This document shows, one piece after another, positions 42,641 through 52,501 of a stretch of 64,000 nt of DNA; position 1 is the stretch's first letter; each line of letters starts with the position of its first letter. This DNA is from Pirellulales bacterium (lineage in GTDB: Bacteria > Planctomycetota > Planctomycetia > Pirellulales > UBA1268): positions 5,476 to 69,475 of the forward strand of contig JBIKND010000001.1 of the NCBI GenBank assembly GCA_044358905.1, given 5' to 3'. Under the pieces are notes generated by a model. That model was given only the letters and a program-made list of their open reading frames with translations. It was not told where the DNA came from and ran no database searches. Made by a program: the position numbers and the translations under genes.

Positions 42641-43519
42641 ATGCTCGCAACGCGATCCTTCTTTAAGCAGCACGCTCGGTCCGGTTCCTGCCGCGCCGTG
42701 CCGAGGCGCGGATTCAGCCTGGTGGAACTGCTCGTGGTCATGGCGATCATCGGCACGCTCATCGGACTGACGCTGCCGGCCCTGCAGCGCGTGCGCGAAT
42801 CGGCGCGACGCACCCAGTGCGAGGCGAATCTCAAAGCGATGGGGATCGCCCTCACGGCCTACGAAGGCTCCAAGCGGGCCTTTCCTCCCGGTGACGACGC
42901 CTTCACGCAGCGGCACCATGCCTGGTCGTCGTTCATCCTGCCGTTCCTCGACGAGGATGCCGTCGCCAAGCGGATCGACTACCGTCAGCCCTGGAACGCG
43001 CCGGGGGGCAACAACGCGATCTCCGATGTCATCCTGACCACCTACGTCTGCCCGACCGGCATCGTCCGCTTTCCAGGCAAGCAGGACTACGGCGGCATCC
43101 TCGGCACGTCCATACCCCACTCGGTGACCGGGAAAATCCATCCCGATTGGACGCACAGCGGTGTGCTCTATGCGACCGACAACCAGCATCGGCAGCCGGT
43201 ACGGGCGGCCATGGTTTCGGACGGGCTGTCGAAGACGCTCATCGTCGCCGAAGGCGTCGATCGCGGCATCGCCGATACCGACACCGAATCGCCGATCGGC
43301 AACAGTCGGTGGGCCTGCGGCACCAACTGCTTCCTGCACAACGCGCGGGTCGTCAACACACCGGATGTCGACGGCTTCCGCAGCAATCATCTCGGTGGCG
43401 TCAACGGCCTGTTCGCGGACGGCCGGGTCCGCTTCCTGGTCGAAGACACCCCTCCGGACGTCATGGTCGCCCTGTGCACGAAAGACGGCAAAGAGGCTGA
43501 TTTCACGGACGGAACGTGA
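42641..43519 (+). CDS. DUF1559 protein with a prepilin-type N-terminal cleavage/methylation domain (planctomycete H-X9-DG family)
   Basis: It has GFSLVELLVVMAIIGTLIGLTLPALQRVRESARRTQCEANLK. The C-terminal sequence HLGGVNGLFADG is H-X9-DG. Confidence 0.9.
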   Translation: MLATRSFFKQHARSGSCRAVPRRGFSLVELLVVMAIIGTLIGLTLPALQRVRESARRTQCEANLKAMGIALTAYEGSKRAFPPGDDAFTQRHHAWSSFILPFLDEDAVAKRIDYRQPWNAPGGNNAISDVILTTYVCPTGIVRFPGKQDYGGILGTSIPHSVTGKIHPDWTHSGVLYATDNQHRQPVRAAMVSDGLSKTLIVAEGVDRGIADTDTESPIGNSRWACGTNCFLHNARVVNTPDVDGFRSNHLGGVNGLFADGRVRFLVEDTPPDVMVALCTKDGKEADFTDGT

Positions 43520-43609
43520 GATTTCGTCCGCTCCGTCCCGGCGTTACACTGTTTCCCGTCGGGTCCGAATCCCGATTTCCATATTCCCTTTGTCCCCGTT
43601 TCCTCATTC

Positions 43610-44011
43610 TTGAATAAGGACGCTTTCATGCTTCGTCATCTCGCCATGGCCGTTGCGATCTCCTGCCTGCTCGCCGGCTCGGCCGTCGCCGGCGGCGCCG
43701 GCAGCGGTGGTTCGATTCCGGTGCGGATCAAGAACGTCGGCGCCCTGCCGGTCGGCGTGAGCGCCAAGTCCGGCGTGGTGGCACCGTCGGATCTGCTCAG
43801 CAGCGGACGGATTCTTTCCTCCAACGGCGTGTCGCAGTTTCAGGTCAAGCCCGGCACGTTCACGGCGGGCGCCGCCAAGGCCGGCACGCCGAACCTCGTC
43901 AACAAGGTGCGGCAGTTCGAGACCCGCACGTTCAAGACGATCTACCTGCAGGCCCAGCAGGACGGCACGACGGCGACGATCGTCGGCGCCCCGGCCGGCG
44001 TGAAGTTCTGA
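43610..44011 (+). CDS. Small secreted hypothetical protein, partner gene of the DUF1559 protein
   Basis: 133 aa. The signal is MLRHLAMAVAISCLLAGSAVAG. An alternative start is at 43628. The remainder is beta-rich and lacks Cys. Confidence 0.55.
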   Translation: MNKDAFMLRHLAMAVAISCLLAGSAVAGGAGSGGSIPVRIKNVGALPVGVSAKSGVVAPSDLLSSGRILSSNGVSQFQVKPGTFTAGAAKAGTPNLVNKVRQFETRTFKTIYLQAQQDGTTATIVGAPAGVKF

Positions 44012-44063
44012 CCACCCGCCCGCCGGCGCCGCGATCGGCTCCGGCGGGCGTGGCAGGTTCGTC

Positions 44064-45671
44064 ATGGCTACACTCCGCGACGGACTCTGCGGCCCGCACT
44101 GGCAGCGTTGGATCCGTGATGCCGGCCTGCCTGTGGGGCTCGTGACCGTCGGCCTCGTGTGCGTGACGGCGCTGTTGGTCGCAGCCCCATGGCTCTGGCA
44201 GGGGCTCGTGCCGTGCGCGTGGCTGGGGGTCGCCGCGCTGCTGGCCTTGGTCACGGGCCAACGCGGGTGGCGCGGCGAAGCGCTGCCGTTGGTCGTCGGC
44301 GTGATCGCTCTGGGCATCGCCTTCCACTGGGCGCCGGAGGTGCTCGCCGAGGCGATGAAGAAGCCGTCGGCCGTCGGCTTCGCGGCCATCGTGCCGATCG
44401 TTGTTTGGGACGCCTGCCGCCTCGCCGTGCCCTTTTGGATCGTGAGCCGGACCGTCTCCGATCCGCGCGACGCCTGGCTGCCCGCGGGCCTGGCGGCGGT
44501 GGCCGCCGAGGCCGGCCTGGCGAGCGTGTTTCCCTGGAAACTCGGCTACACCCAGATCGCCTGGCCCATCCTCGTGCAGGCCGCCGACCTGGGAGGCGCG
44601 GAGTGGCCCACGTTCATGGTGTTTGCACACGCCGGGGCCATCCTCGCGCTGGCGAGCCTGCCGTGGGCCCGGCCGAGGCCCCTGGCCGCCGGGGCCGTGG
44701 CCGTGTGCCTGGTCAACCTCGGGTACGGCGCCTGGGCGATGCAGCACTGGGCCGCCCGGGCGGCGGCGGCGCCGCAGGTCCGCGTGGCGCTGGTGCAGAC
44801 CGATCCGGACGACGACGACGCGATCGACGCGCTGCGCAGCCTCTCCGCCCACGCCCGGGAGACGCCCGGGGGCCTGCCCGAGCTTGTGTGCTGGCCCGAA
44901 GGGAGCGGTGGCTCCTACGAGGAGGGACTCGGCTCGCTCGCCGACCCCGACGCCGTGGAGGCGCGATCCCGCGAGCCGCGCCGCGGGCTGCGTCCCTGGC
45001 CCGAACCGTACGCCGCGCTGCTGCTCGGCGGTCGCGTGTACCGCGGCTACCCGGAGAAACCGCGCGACATCTTTCAGGCGGCGCTCCTCCTCGACCGCGC
45101 GGAGACGATCACCGGCTGCTACCACAAGCGGCACCTCATGCCCTTCGGCGAGTACGTGCCCGGCGCGGACGTGATCCCGGAGATCCGGCTCCACTTCCCT
45201 CTGGAAGTGACGTTCGACGTCGGCGCCGAGGCGACGGTCATCCCGTGCGGGGATCGCGTCCGGCTGGGCCCGCTGCTGTGCTACGAGGACATGGTGCCGG
45301 CCGCCGCCCGATCGCTCGCCACGGGCGGGGCGAACCTCCTGGTTTCGCTCATCAACGGCGCCGCGTTCACCGAACCGCTCACGCTTCTTCAGCATCGCCT
45401 CCTCGCCCAGCTGCGGGCCGTGGAGAACCGCCGCTGCATGCTGCGGTGCGCCGCGACCGGCGAGACCTGTGCGATCGCACCGACCGGCAGCATCACCGCC
45501 CGCCTGCCGCTGCACGCCCGCGACGTGCTCGTGGCCGATGCACCGCTCCTCGACGCCCGGCCACCGGCCACGTGGCTCGGACCGGTGTTCCCGTTCGTGT
45601 GCGGCGGCCTGCTTGCCGCCTGGATTCTGGCTGCCCGTGGACAACGCCTTCCATGGCCTTGGTCCACTTGA
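44064..45671 (+). CDS. lnt: Apolipoprotein N-acyltransferase
   Basis: 535 aa. The N-terminal half is polytopic. The CN-hydrolase domain has catalytic-context sequences for E (LVCWPEGS), K (YHKRHLMPFGEYVP) and C (LLCYEDM). Confidence 0.9.
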   Translation: MATLRDGLCGPHWQRWIRDAGLPVGLVTVGLVCVTALLVAAPWLWQGLVPCAWLGVAALLALVTGQRGWRGEALPLVVGVIALGIAFHWAPEVLAEAMKKPSAVGFAAIVPIVVWDACRLAVPFWIVSRTVSDPRDAWLPAGLAAVAAEAGLASVFPWKLGYTQIAWPILVQAADLGGAEWPTFMVFAHAGAILALASLPWARPRPLAAGAVAVCLVNLGYGAWAMQHWAARAAAAPQVRVALVQTDPDDDDAIDALRSLSAHARETPGGLPELVCWPEGSGGSYEEGLGSLADPDAVEARSREPRRGLRPWPEPYAALLLGGRVYRGYPEKPRDIFQAALLLDRAETITGCYHKRHLMPFGEYVPGADVIPEIRLHFPLEVTFDVGAEATVIPCGDRVRLGPLLCYEDMVPAAARSLATGGANLLVSLINGAAFTEPLTLLQHRLLAQLRAVENRRCMLRCAATGETCAIAPTGSITARLPLHARDVLVADAPLLDARPPATWLGPVFPFVCGGLLAAWILAARGQRLPWPWST

Positions 45672-45896
45672 TCGAGCGCAGGAAACGCCGCGGGTTTCCT
45701 TGGGTCGATGGGCGCCCTGCGGCGGCAGACTTGTTCCACAGTCTGCTGGCGCGGCTGGTGCCGCGGAAAGCCGCGCAGGCTGCGTGAACTGGGCGGACCT
45801 CCGGGCAGAGGCGGCCTTGCGGCGGTGCCCGGAGATGTGGGATAGCCCCGGCGCCTTTCCGACTTTGGTGCCGTACCGGCTCGGTGAACCCCGCCC

Positions 45897-46616
45897 ATGC
45901 TCCGTTTGTTCCGCCGCCGGATGGTGCCGCCGCGCATGCCGCCCGACTTCGACCCGGCCACCGCCGCGGTCGTGCGGGACGTCGCGCCGTTCACGATGAC
46001 CGGCCCGGAGCGGATCGCCGCCCTGCGGCAGGCGGTGATCCACGTCTGTCGCCACGGGATCGAGGGGTCGATCGTCGAGTGCGGCGTGTGGCGCGGCGGC
46101 AGCATGATGGCGGTCGCACGGACGCTTCTCGAGATCGACGCCCGGCGCGACCTGGTGCTCTTCGACACGTTCGCCGGGATGACGCATCCGGAGTCGGTCG
46201 ATCGCGACCTCGGCGGCACGCCGGCCGCAGCGGCACTCGATCGCGAGGACGTCGCCACGGGGGCGACGTGGGCCGTCGGTCCGTTGGCCGACGTCCAGGC
46301 CAATCTGCGGTCCACGGGCTATCCCGTCGAGCGGATGCGGTTCGTCGTCGGCGACGTCGCGGACACGCTGCCCCGCGAGGCGCCGGAACGGATCGCCATC
46401 CTCCGCCTCGACACCGATTGGTACGCATCGACGCGTCACGAACTGGAGCACCTCTATCCGCGCCTCTCGGTCGGCGGCGTGCTCATCATCGACGATTACG
46501 GCCACTGGGAAGGCGCCCGGCGGGCGGTGGACGAGTTCCTGGAACGCACGTCGGCTCCCATCCTCCTCAACCGGATCGACTACACCGGACGCATCGGCGT
46601 CAAACCGGCGGCCTGA
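45897..46616 (+). CDS. TylF/macrocin-O-methyltransferase family class I SAM-dependent methyltransferase
   Basis: 239 aa. It has GSIVECGVWRGGS, LFDTFAGM, LRLDTDWYASTRHELEHLYPRLSVGGVLIIDDYGHW. Confidence 0.85.
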   Translation: MLRLFRRRMVPPRMPPDFDPATAAVVRDVAPFTMTGPERIAALRQAVIHVCRHGIEGSIVECGVWRGGSMMAVARTLLEIDARRDLVLFDTFAGMTHPESVDRDLGGTPAAAALDREDVATGATWAVGPLADVQANLRSTGYPVERMRFVVGDVADTLPREAPERIAILRLDTDWYASTRHELEHLYPRLSVGGVLIIDDYGHWEGARRAVDEFLERTSAPILLNRIDYTGRIGVKPAA

Positions 46617-46654
46617 CCTCGGCACCGGACGTTCCAGCCAGCGGGGCTTCGCGC

Positions 46655-47479
46655 ATGCTCGGCTTCTGTCTCGCCCCCCGACGCCACCCGCCCCCGCGCC
46701 CGTTGCTCAACCTCGGCTGCGGGTCCCGCCGTCACCCGGCTTGGACGAACGTGGACCTGCATCCATCCGGCGGCGACGTGATGGCCGCGGATCTGCGCCG
46801 GCCCTTACCCTTCCCGGACGCATCCTTCACGGCCGTGTACGCCGCCCACGTGCTCGAGCACCTCGCGCCGGGCGCGGCCTTCGGCCTCATGAAAGAGTGC
46901 CGGCGCGTGCTGCGGCCGGACGGCATCGTGCGGATCGTCGTGCCCGATCTCGAGCGCGTCGCCCGCGACTACCTGGCCAGCCTCGACCGGGCGGTCGCGG
47001 CCGACGCCACGGCCGACGCCCGGTGGGAGCACCGCTGGATGACGGTCGAACTCCTCGACCAACTCGTCCGCACGCGGCCCGGCGGCACCATGCGGCGCTG
47101 GTGGTTGTGCGACCCGGTGCCCTGCCGCGGGTTGATCGAAACGCGGCTCGGGGCCGAGGCGACGGCAGGGATCGCGGCCCTCGCGGAGGAACGCCGGCGA
47201 ACGGGCGTCGCCGCCGGCGCCCCGGAGGCAATCCTGCGCGACGCCCCGACGTCCGCACGGGCAGCGGCCCGGTTCGCCGCCCGCGGCGAACGGCACCTTT
47301 GGATGTACGACCGGGTCTCGCTCGCCGACTTGCTCGTCGAGACCGGGTTCATCGACGTCGGCCAGGTGACTGCGGCCGAGTCTCGGATTCCCGACTTCGT
47401 CACCGCGGGGCTCGACGCCGACCCCGCCGGGGCGCCGCACAAGCCCGACTCGCTGTTCATGGAGGCGGCATGTCCGTGA
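46655..47479 (+). CDS. Class I SAM-dependent methyltransferase (type 11-like)
   Basis: Lies inside ORF 45884..47479. I trimmed it to MLGFCLAP (ATG at 46655). It has LNLGCGSRRHPAWTNVDL, AAHVLEHL, LRPDGIVRIVVPD. Confidence 0.8.
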   Translation: MLGFCLAPRRHPPPRPLLNLGCGSRRHPAWTNVDLHPSGGDVMAADLRRPLPFPDASFTAVYAAHVLEHLAPGAAFGLMKECRRVLRPDGIVRIVVPDLERVARDYLASLDRAVAADATADARWEHRWMTVELLDQLVRTRPGGTMRRWWLCDPVPCRGLIETRLGAEATAGIAALAEERRRTGVAAGAPEAILRDAPTSARAAARFAARGERHLWMYDRVSLADLLVETGFIDVGQVTAAESRIPDFVTAGLDADPAGAPHKPDSLFMEAACP

Positions 47480-48843
47480 CCGCCGCACCGCGGACGCGCC
47501 TCCGGGTCGCCTGCATCAGCACCTATGGCGGCCACGGCGGCGGCGCGGCGGTCGCGATGCAGCGGCTCGCGGCGGCCCTCGAGGCCGAGGGCGCGACCGT
47601 CGAGGTCGTGACCCGGGATGGGCCCGAGCCGGCCGCCGGCCGCCGGGTCCGCCGCCGGATTCGCCACGGCCGCACGCCGCTTTCCAATACGCTCTTCTCC
47701 GCCGATTGGCCGTCCTGGAACATCGCATCCCATCCCGCCGTCGTCGCGGCCGACATGGTGCACGTGCACTGGGTCGCGGGATTCCTCGATGCCGCGGCGG
47801 TCCGCCGGCTCGTCGCGACCGGCAAGCCCGTCGTCTGGACGCAGCACGACCTGCGGGCTTTCACCGGGGGCTGCCACTACCCGGCGGGCTGTCGGGGGTT
47901 CACGGCCGACTGCCGCGGCTGCCCGCAGCTCGCCGCCCGGCTCGCCGTTCTCCCCGAGCGCACGCTGCGGCGCAGCCGCGGACTGTTGCGCGGCCTGCCC
48001 CTGACGTTCGTCGCACCGAGCCGCTGGCTGGCGGAGGAGCTCCGCACCGCCAGCCTGTTCGATCCCCCGCATCACAGCCTGCACGTGATCCCCAACGGCA
48101 TCGACCTCGACCGCTACGTGCCGGCCACCGACAAGGCGGCGGCGCGGGCTCGACTCGGCCTGCCCGCGACCGGCCTGGCGGTGCTCCTCGGCAGCGTGTC
48201 GCTCGACGAGCGCCGCAAGGGCGCGCAGGCGGCGGCGGCGGCGCTGGCGCTGCTCGCGGAGCGGCTGCGCGCCGCCGGCGCGCAGCCGCCCGTGGCCGTG
48301 ACCTACGGCGCCGGCGCGATCGCCCTCCCCGGCATCGCCCACCGCCACCTCGGATCGCTCGCCGAGCCGGGCGTGATCGCGGCGCTGCACGCCAGCGACG
48401 TGCACCTGACGATGACCCGCGAGGACAACCTGCCGAACACCGTCGTCGAGGCACTGGCCTGCGGACTGCCGGTCGTGGGCTCCGCCGTCGGCGGCGTGCC
48501 GGAGATGCTGACCACCGGCGTCGAAGGCTGGCTCGTGGCGCCCGACGATCCGGCCGCGGCCGCCGCGGCTCTGGCCCGCCTCGCCCAGGATCCGGGACTG
48601 CTCGCCGAGACCGGCCGGGCCGCTCGCCGCCGAGCCGTCGCCACGTTCGACGCGCGGGTCCAAGCGCGGCGGCATCTGGCCCTCTATCGAGAACTGCCGC
48701 GGCGGGCCGCGGCCATCGATACCGCCGCGCCGGGCGTGCGACTGCTCCCCCCGACGCCGGCGACGGTGCCGCTGCTGGCGCCGCCACCGCTGGTCCGCAC
48801 CTACCTCCGCCGCCTCCGCAGGCTGTCGCGGTGGTGTTCATAG
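47470..48843 (+). CDS. Glycosyltransferase family 4 (GT-B)
   Basis: Lies inside ORF 46741..48843. I trimmed it to MSVTAAPRTRLRVACIST (ATG at 47470, 10-nt overlap with the upstream gene). The C-terminal E-x7-E-type region is TREDNLPNTVVEALACGLPVVGSAVGGVPE. Confidence 0.85.
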   Translation: MSVTAAPRTRLRVACISTYGGHGGGAAVAMQRLAAALEAEGATVEVVTRDGPEPAAGRRVRRRIRHGRTPLSNTLFSADWPSWNIASHPAVVAADMVHVHWVAGFLDAAAVRRLVATGKPVVWTQHDLRAFTGGCHYPAGCRGFTADCRGCPQLAARLAVLPERTLRRSRGLLRGLPLTFVAPSRWLAEELRTASLFDPPHHSLHVIPNGIDLDRYVPATDKAAARARLGLPATGLAVLLGSVSLDERRKGAQAAAAALALLAERLRAAGAQPPVAVTYGAGAIALPGIAHRHLGSLAEPGVIAALHASDVHLTMTREDNLPNTVVEALACGLPVVGSAVGGVPEMLTTGVEGWLVAPDDPAAAAAALARLAQDPGLLAETGRAARRRAVATFDARVQARRHLALYRELPRRAAAIDTAAPGVRLLPPTPATVPLLAPPPLVRTYLRRLRRLSRWCS

Positions 48844-48901
48844 TCGCCCAAACCCCGCATGTTCCCCGGTTGCCATCCGCGGCCGGCTTTCTGCCGATGC
48901 G

Positions 48902-49993
48902 GTGGAACCCCCACGGCGGGTATTTCTCCGTCCGCCCCACTCCGTGCCGGTCGCCCCGGCCCAGGAACCCCCATCGATGGCACTGCCCCGACACGCACCA
49001 GCCACCGTCGCCGCCGGCCCACCGGTCGACTTCCGCGGCGTCGTCTTTCCGGAATGGGCCTTCGCGCCTGACGGCGGCGACGAGGCCGACTACCGCGCCG
49101 CCTGCCGTCAGGGCTTTGCCGTCATGGCCCGATCCCGCGTGGCGATCACGGGCCTGGCCCGCGACGTCGGCGCGATCCTGCCCACGACCATCCGCCGCCT
49201 CGAAAACCTCGCCTGCTGCTTCACCGACCATCGGATGATCGTCTACGAGAACGACTCGGCCGACGACACCCGCGCCCAACTGCTGGCCTGGGCACGCACC
49301 GACCGGCGCGTGCGGGTGATGTGCGAGCAGCCGGGCGATCCGGTGAACCCGGCCACACGCTGCCTGCATCGCGCGGCCCGCATGGCCCGTTATCGCCGGC
49401 GCTGCCAGGAATTGGTGCTCGCCGAGTGCGGTCGCTTCGACGCGGTGATCGTCGTCGACCTCGACATCCCTGGCGGCTGGAGCACCGATGGGATCGCCCA
49501 CACCTTCGGCCAGCGCGACTGGGACTTCGTCGGTGCAAACGGCCTCATCTATCGACGGCACGGCCTGCGGATGAACACGGTCCGCCAATACGACACGTGG
49601 GCGCTGCGGTTCGACGAACGGCTCGCGCCGCTGCGGCCGGCCGTCGCCGGCGGGCTCGTGTATCGACGCGGCGCGTCATTGGTGCCCGTGACGAGCTGCT
49701 TCGGCGGGCTGGGCATCTACCGCATGCAGGCTTACGCCGCCGGACGCTACGCCGACGACGACCTCGAACACGCGGCCTTCCATCGCTCGCTGCTGGCCCG
49801 GGGCCACCGCCGGTTGTTTCTCAACCCGAGCCAGATCGTCGTCTACGGCCGCCGCCACCGCTTCGGCGACGCGACGGCCGACGCCGCACTGCGGCTCTGG
49901 GCCGCCGTGCGCGGCCGGCCCGCACCGCAGTGGCAATGCCCCGCGTGGGCGGCCACGGCTACGGCCGAGCCGCCGCGCCGCGCCGCCGCCTGA
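48902..49993 (+). CDS. Hypothetical protein, possibly a GT-A-type glycosyltransferase (family assignment unconfirmed)
   Basis: 363-aa ORF. An alternative start, MALPRHAP, is at 48977. MIVYENDSADDT and VVDLDIPGGW resemble nucleotide-sugar transferase motifs. Confidence 0.5.
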   Translation: MEPPRRVFLRPPHSVPVAPAQEPPSMALPRHAPATVAAGPPVDFRGVVFPEWAFAPDGGDEADYRAACRQGFAVMARSRVAITGLARDVGAILPTTIRRLENLACCFTDHRMIVYENDSADDTRAQLLAWARTDRRVRVMCEQPGDPVNPATRCLHRAARMARYRRRCQELVLAECGRFDAVIVVDLDIPGGWSTDGIAHTFGQRDWDFVGANGLIYRRHGLRMNTVRQYDTWALRFDERLAPLRPAVAGGLVYRRGASLVPVTSCFGGLGIYRMQAYAAGRYADDDLEHAAFHRSLLARGHRRLFLNPSQIVVYGRRHRFGDATADAALRLWAAVRGRPAPQWQCPAWAATATAEPPRRAAA

Positions 49994-50089
49994 CCGTCGA
50001 GCCTTGCAGACCTCGCGGCTCCTGCCATAGTTTCGCGGTAGTCGCGGCCCGTACCGGGCGGCATCGCGATCCCGAGAGGCCCAGTTCGC

Positions 50090-51274
50090 ATGAAGATCCA
50101 CGAGTTCCAGGCCAAGGATTTGCTGCGCGCGGCGGGCGTGCCGGTACTCGCCGGCAAGGTTGCCCGCACTCCCGCCGAGGCGGCGGCCGCGTTCACGGCC
50201 CTCGGCACGCCCGTCTGCGCCGTCAAAGCACAGATCCACGCGGGCGGCCGCGGCAAGGGGCAGGTCAGAGGTTCCAGCCAGCGGGGCGTGGAGCTCGCCA
50301 AGAGCGCCGCCGACGCCGAGCGAATCGCGGCCGGGCTGCTCGACAAGACGCTCGTCACCATCCAAACCGGCCCCGAGGGCCAGGTCGTGCGGCAGGTGTT
50401 CGTGGAGAGCGGCTGTGCGATCGACCGCGAACTCTACTGCGCGGTTCTCGTCGACCGCCGCGTCGGATCACCGGTGTTGATCGCGAGCACCGCCGGCGGC
50501 ATGGACATCGAGGAGGTGGCGGCGAAGACGCCGGAACTGATCCTCTCCGAACCCTTCGACGCGGACCGCGGTCTGGCTGCCTGGCAGACGCGGCTGCTCG
50601 CGGCGAAGCTCGGCCTGCCGGCGGCCGCCTGGCGGCATGCCGAGACCTTCTTCCGCCGGCTCTGCCGGGCGTTCGTCGACCTCGACGCCTCGCTCTTGGA
50701 GATCAACCCGCTCGTGCTCACGAAGGACGGCACGCTCGTCGCCCTCGACGCGAAGATGACGTTCGACGACAACGCGATGTTTCGCCACAAGGATCTGGCG
50801 GCCCTGCGGGACGAGGCCGAGGAGGAGCCGGCGGAGACCCGCGCCGGCGCCGCCGGGCTGTCGTACGTCAAGCTCGACGGCACCATCGGCTGCCTCGTCA
50901 ACGGCGCCGGCCTGGCGATGAGCACCATGGACCTCGTGAAGCTCCACGGCGGCGAGCCGGCGAACTTCCTCGACGTGGGCGGCGGCGCCGACGTGCAGGC
51001 GGTCACCGAGGCCTTCCGCATCATCCTCTCCGACAAGAACGTGAAGGCGATCCTCGTCAACATCTTCGGCGGCATCATGCGCTGCACGACGATCGCCAAC
51101 GCCCTCGTCGAGGCCTCGAAAACGGTCGGCTTCACCGTGCCGCTCGTCGTGCGGCTCGAGGGCACGGAGGTCGAAGAGGGGAAGAAGATTCTCGCCACCA
51201 GCGGCACCGCGATCATCACCGCCGACGGCCTGACCGACGCCGCCAAGAAGGTCGTCGCCGCGAGCCGAGCCTAG
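50090..51274 (+). CDS. sucC: Succinate--CoA ligase (ADP-forming) beta subunit
   Basis: 394 aa. It has [42 protein letters not shown]. Confidence 0.95.
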   Translation: MKIHEFQAKDLLRAAGVPVLAGKVARTPAEAAAAFTALGTPVCAVKAQIHAGGRGKGQVRGSSQRGVELAKSAADAERIAAGLLDKTLVTIQTGPEGQVVRQVFVESGCAIDRELYCAVLVDRRVGSPVLIASTAGGMDIEEVAAKTPELILSEPFDADRGLAAWQTRLLAAKLGLPAAAWRHAETFFRRLCRAFVDLDASLLEINPLVLTKDGTLVALDAKMTFDDNAMFRHKDLAALRDEAEEEPAETRAGAAGLSYVKLDGTIGCLVNGAGLAMSTMDLVKLHGGEPANFLDVGGGADVQAVTEAFRIILSDKNVKAILVNIFGGIMRCTTIANALVEASKTVGFTVPLVVRLEGTEVEEGKKILATSGTAIITADGLTDAAKKVVAASRA

Positions 51275-51284
51275 GAACACCATC

Positions 51285-52163
51285 ATGAGCATCCTCGTCA
51301 ATCGCGACACCCGCGTCATCTGCCAGGGCATCACCGGCAAGGTCGGTGAGTTCCACACCCGTGGCTGCCTCGACTACGGCACGCGGATGGTGGGCGGCGT
51401 CACCCCCGGCAAGGCGGGCGAGACCGTCGCCGGCCTGCCGGTCTTCAACACCGTCGCCGAGGCGAAGGACGCCACCGGGGCCAACGCCACGATGATCTTC
51501 GTGCCGCCGGCCTTCGCGGCCGACGCGATCCTCGAGGCGGTCGCCGCCGGCATCGAGCTGGTGATCGCCATCACCGAGGGCATCCCCGTGCTCGACATGG
51601 CCCGCGTGCTGCCGGTCGTCAAGGATTCTGACAGCCGGCTCATCGGGCCCAACTGCCCGGGTGTGATCACGCCGGCCGAGTGCAAGATCGGCATCATGCC
51701 CGGCTACATCCACACGCCCGGCCACGTCGGCGTGATGAGCCGTTCCGGCACGCTCACCTACGAGGCCGTGTGGCAGCTCACGCAGCTCGGCCACGGCCAG
51801 AGCACCTGCGTCGGCCTCGGCGGCGACCCGCTCGTCGGCTCGTCGTTCATCGATATCCTCGCGCTCTTCCAGGCCGACCCGGACACGCACGCCATCCTCA
51901 TGATGGGCGAGATCGGCGGGAGTGCGGAGGAGGAGGCGGCCGAGTATGTGAAGCACCACGTCACCAAGCCCTGCGCCGCCTTCATCGCCGGCCGCACGGC
52001 GCCGCCGGGCAAGCGGATGGGCCACGCCGGAGCGATCATCTCCGGCGGCAAGGGCACGGCGGAGGCCAAGCTCGCGGCCCTGGCCGATGCGGGCATCGAG
52101 ATCGCGGACAGCCCGGCGGACATGGGGGCGGCGCTGGTGCGCGCGATCGCGCGGCGGGCGTAG
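51285..52163 (+). CDS. sucD: Succinate--CoA ligase alpha subunit
   Basis: 292 aa. It has [30 protein letters not shown], and the phosphohistidine-loop context [14 protein letters not shown]. Confidence 0.95.
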   Translation: MSILVNRDTRVICQGITGKVGEFHTRGCLDYGTRMVGGVTPGKAGETVAGLPVFNTVAEAKDATGANATMIFVPPAFAADAILEAVAAGIELVIAITEGIPVLDMARVLPVVKDSDSRLIGPNCPGVITPAECKIGIMPGYIHTPGHVGVMSRSGTLTYEAVWQLTQLGHGQSTCVGLGGDPLVGSSFIDILALFQADPDTHAILMMGEIGGSAEEEAAEYVKHHVTKPCAAFIAGRTAPPGKRMGHAGAIISGGKGTAEAKLAALADAGIEIADSPADMGAALVRAIARRA

Positions 52164-52179
52164 GCCGGCCGCGGGGGTC

Positions 52180-52309
52180 GGGCTGCCCGTGCCCCATCGC
52201 CGGACGTTCGCTGCGGGCATCCTGCCCTTCGCTCACTCGGAGGTGGCTGCGCTCTCGCCCTCCGGGCTTCGCTGGCCACCTACGCCGGCTCCTGGGGCAC
52301 GGGCAGCCC
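52180..52309 (+). repeat. Structured intergenic element, copy B (REP-like or ncRNA candidate), in sense with sucD
   Basis: It has a 17-bp perfect terminal inverted repeat (gggctgcccgtgcccca at 52180-52196, tggggcacgggcagccc at 52293-52309). It begins 16 nt after the sucD stop. Its 96-nt interior aligns without gaps to the reverse complement of 12641-12736. Confidence 0.7.
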
Positions 52310-52501
52310 TCCTCCATCGAGCAATCAGGCGCACGCCCGCCTCCAGGCCTGTGGGGTGGGTGGAAGGCATGGTCGATCGCTGGCAGCCGCGTGATGCGCC
52401 GGGCTGGCACCATTTGCCGCCGGGAACGTTTGGTGGTCGAACCGCATCTCATAGGCTGACACCCCGCGTTTCACCGCCACCCGACTCGGAGACCCCGCCC
52501 C

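Noticed and set aside
52405-52417. Sigma-54-like TGGCAC…TTGC upstream of gene 52502
   Set aside because: The spacing between the GG and GC elements is two nucleotides shorter than the -24/-12 consensus (TGGCAC-N5-TTGC).
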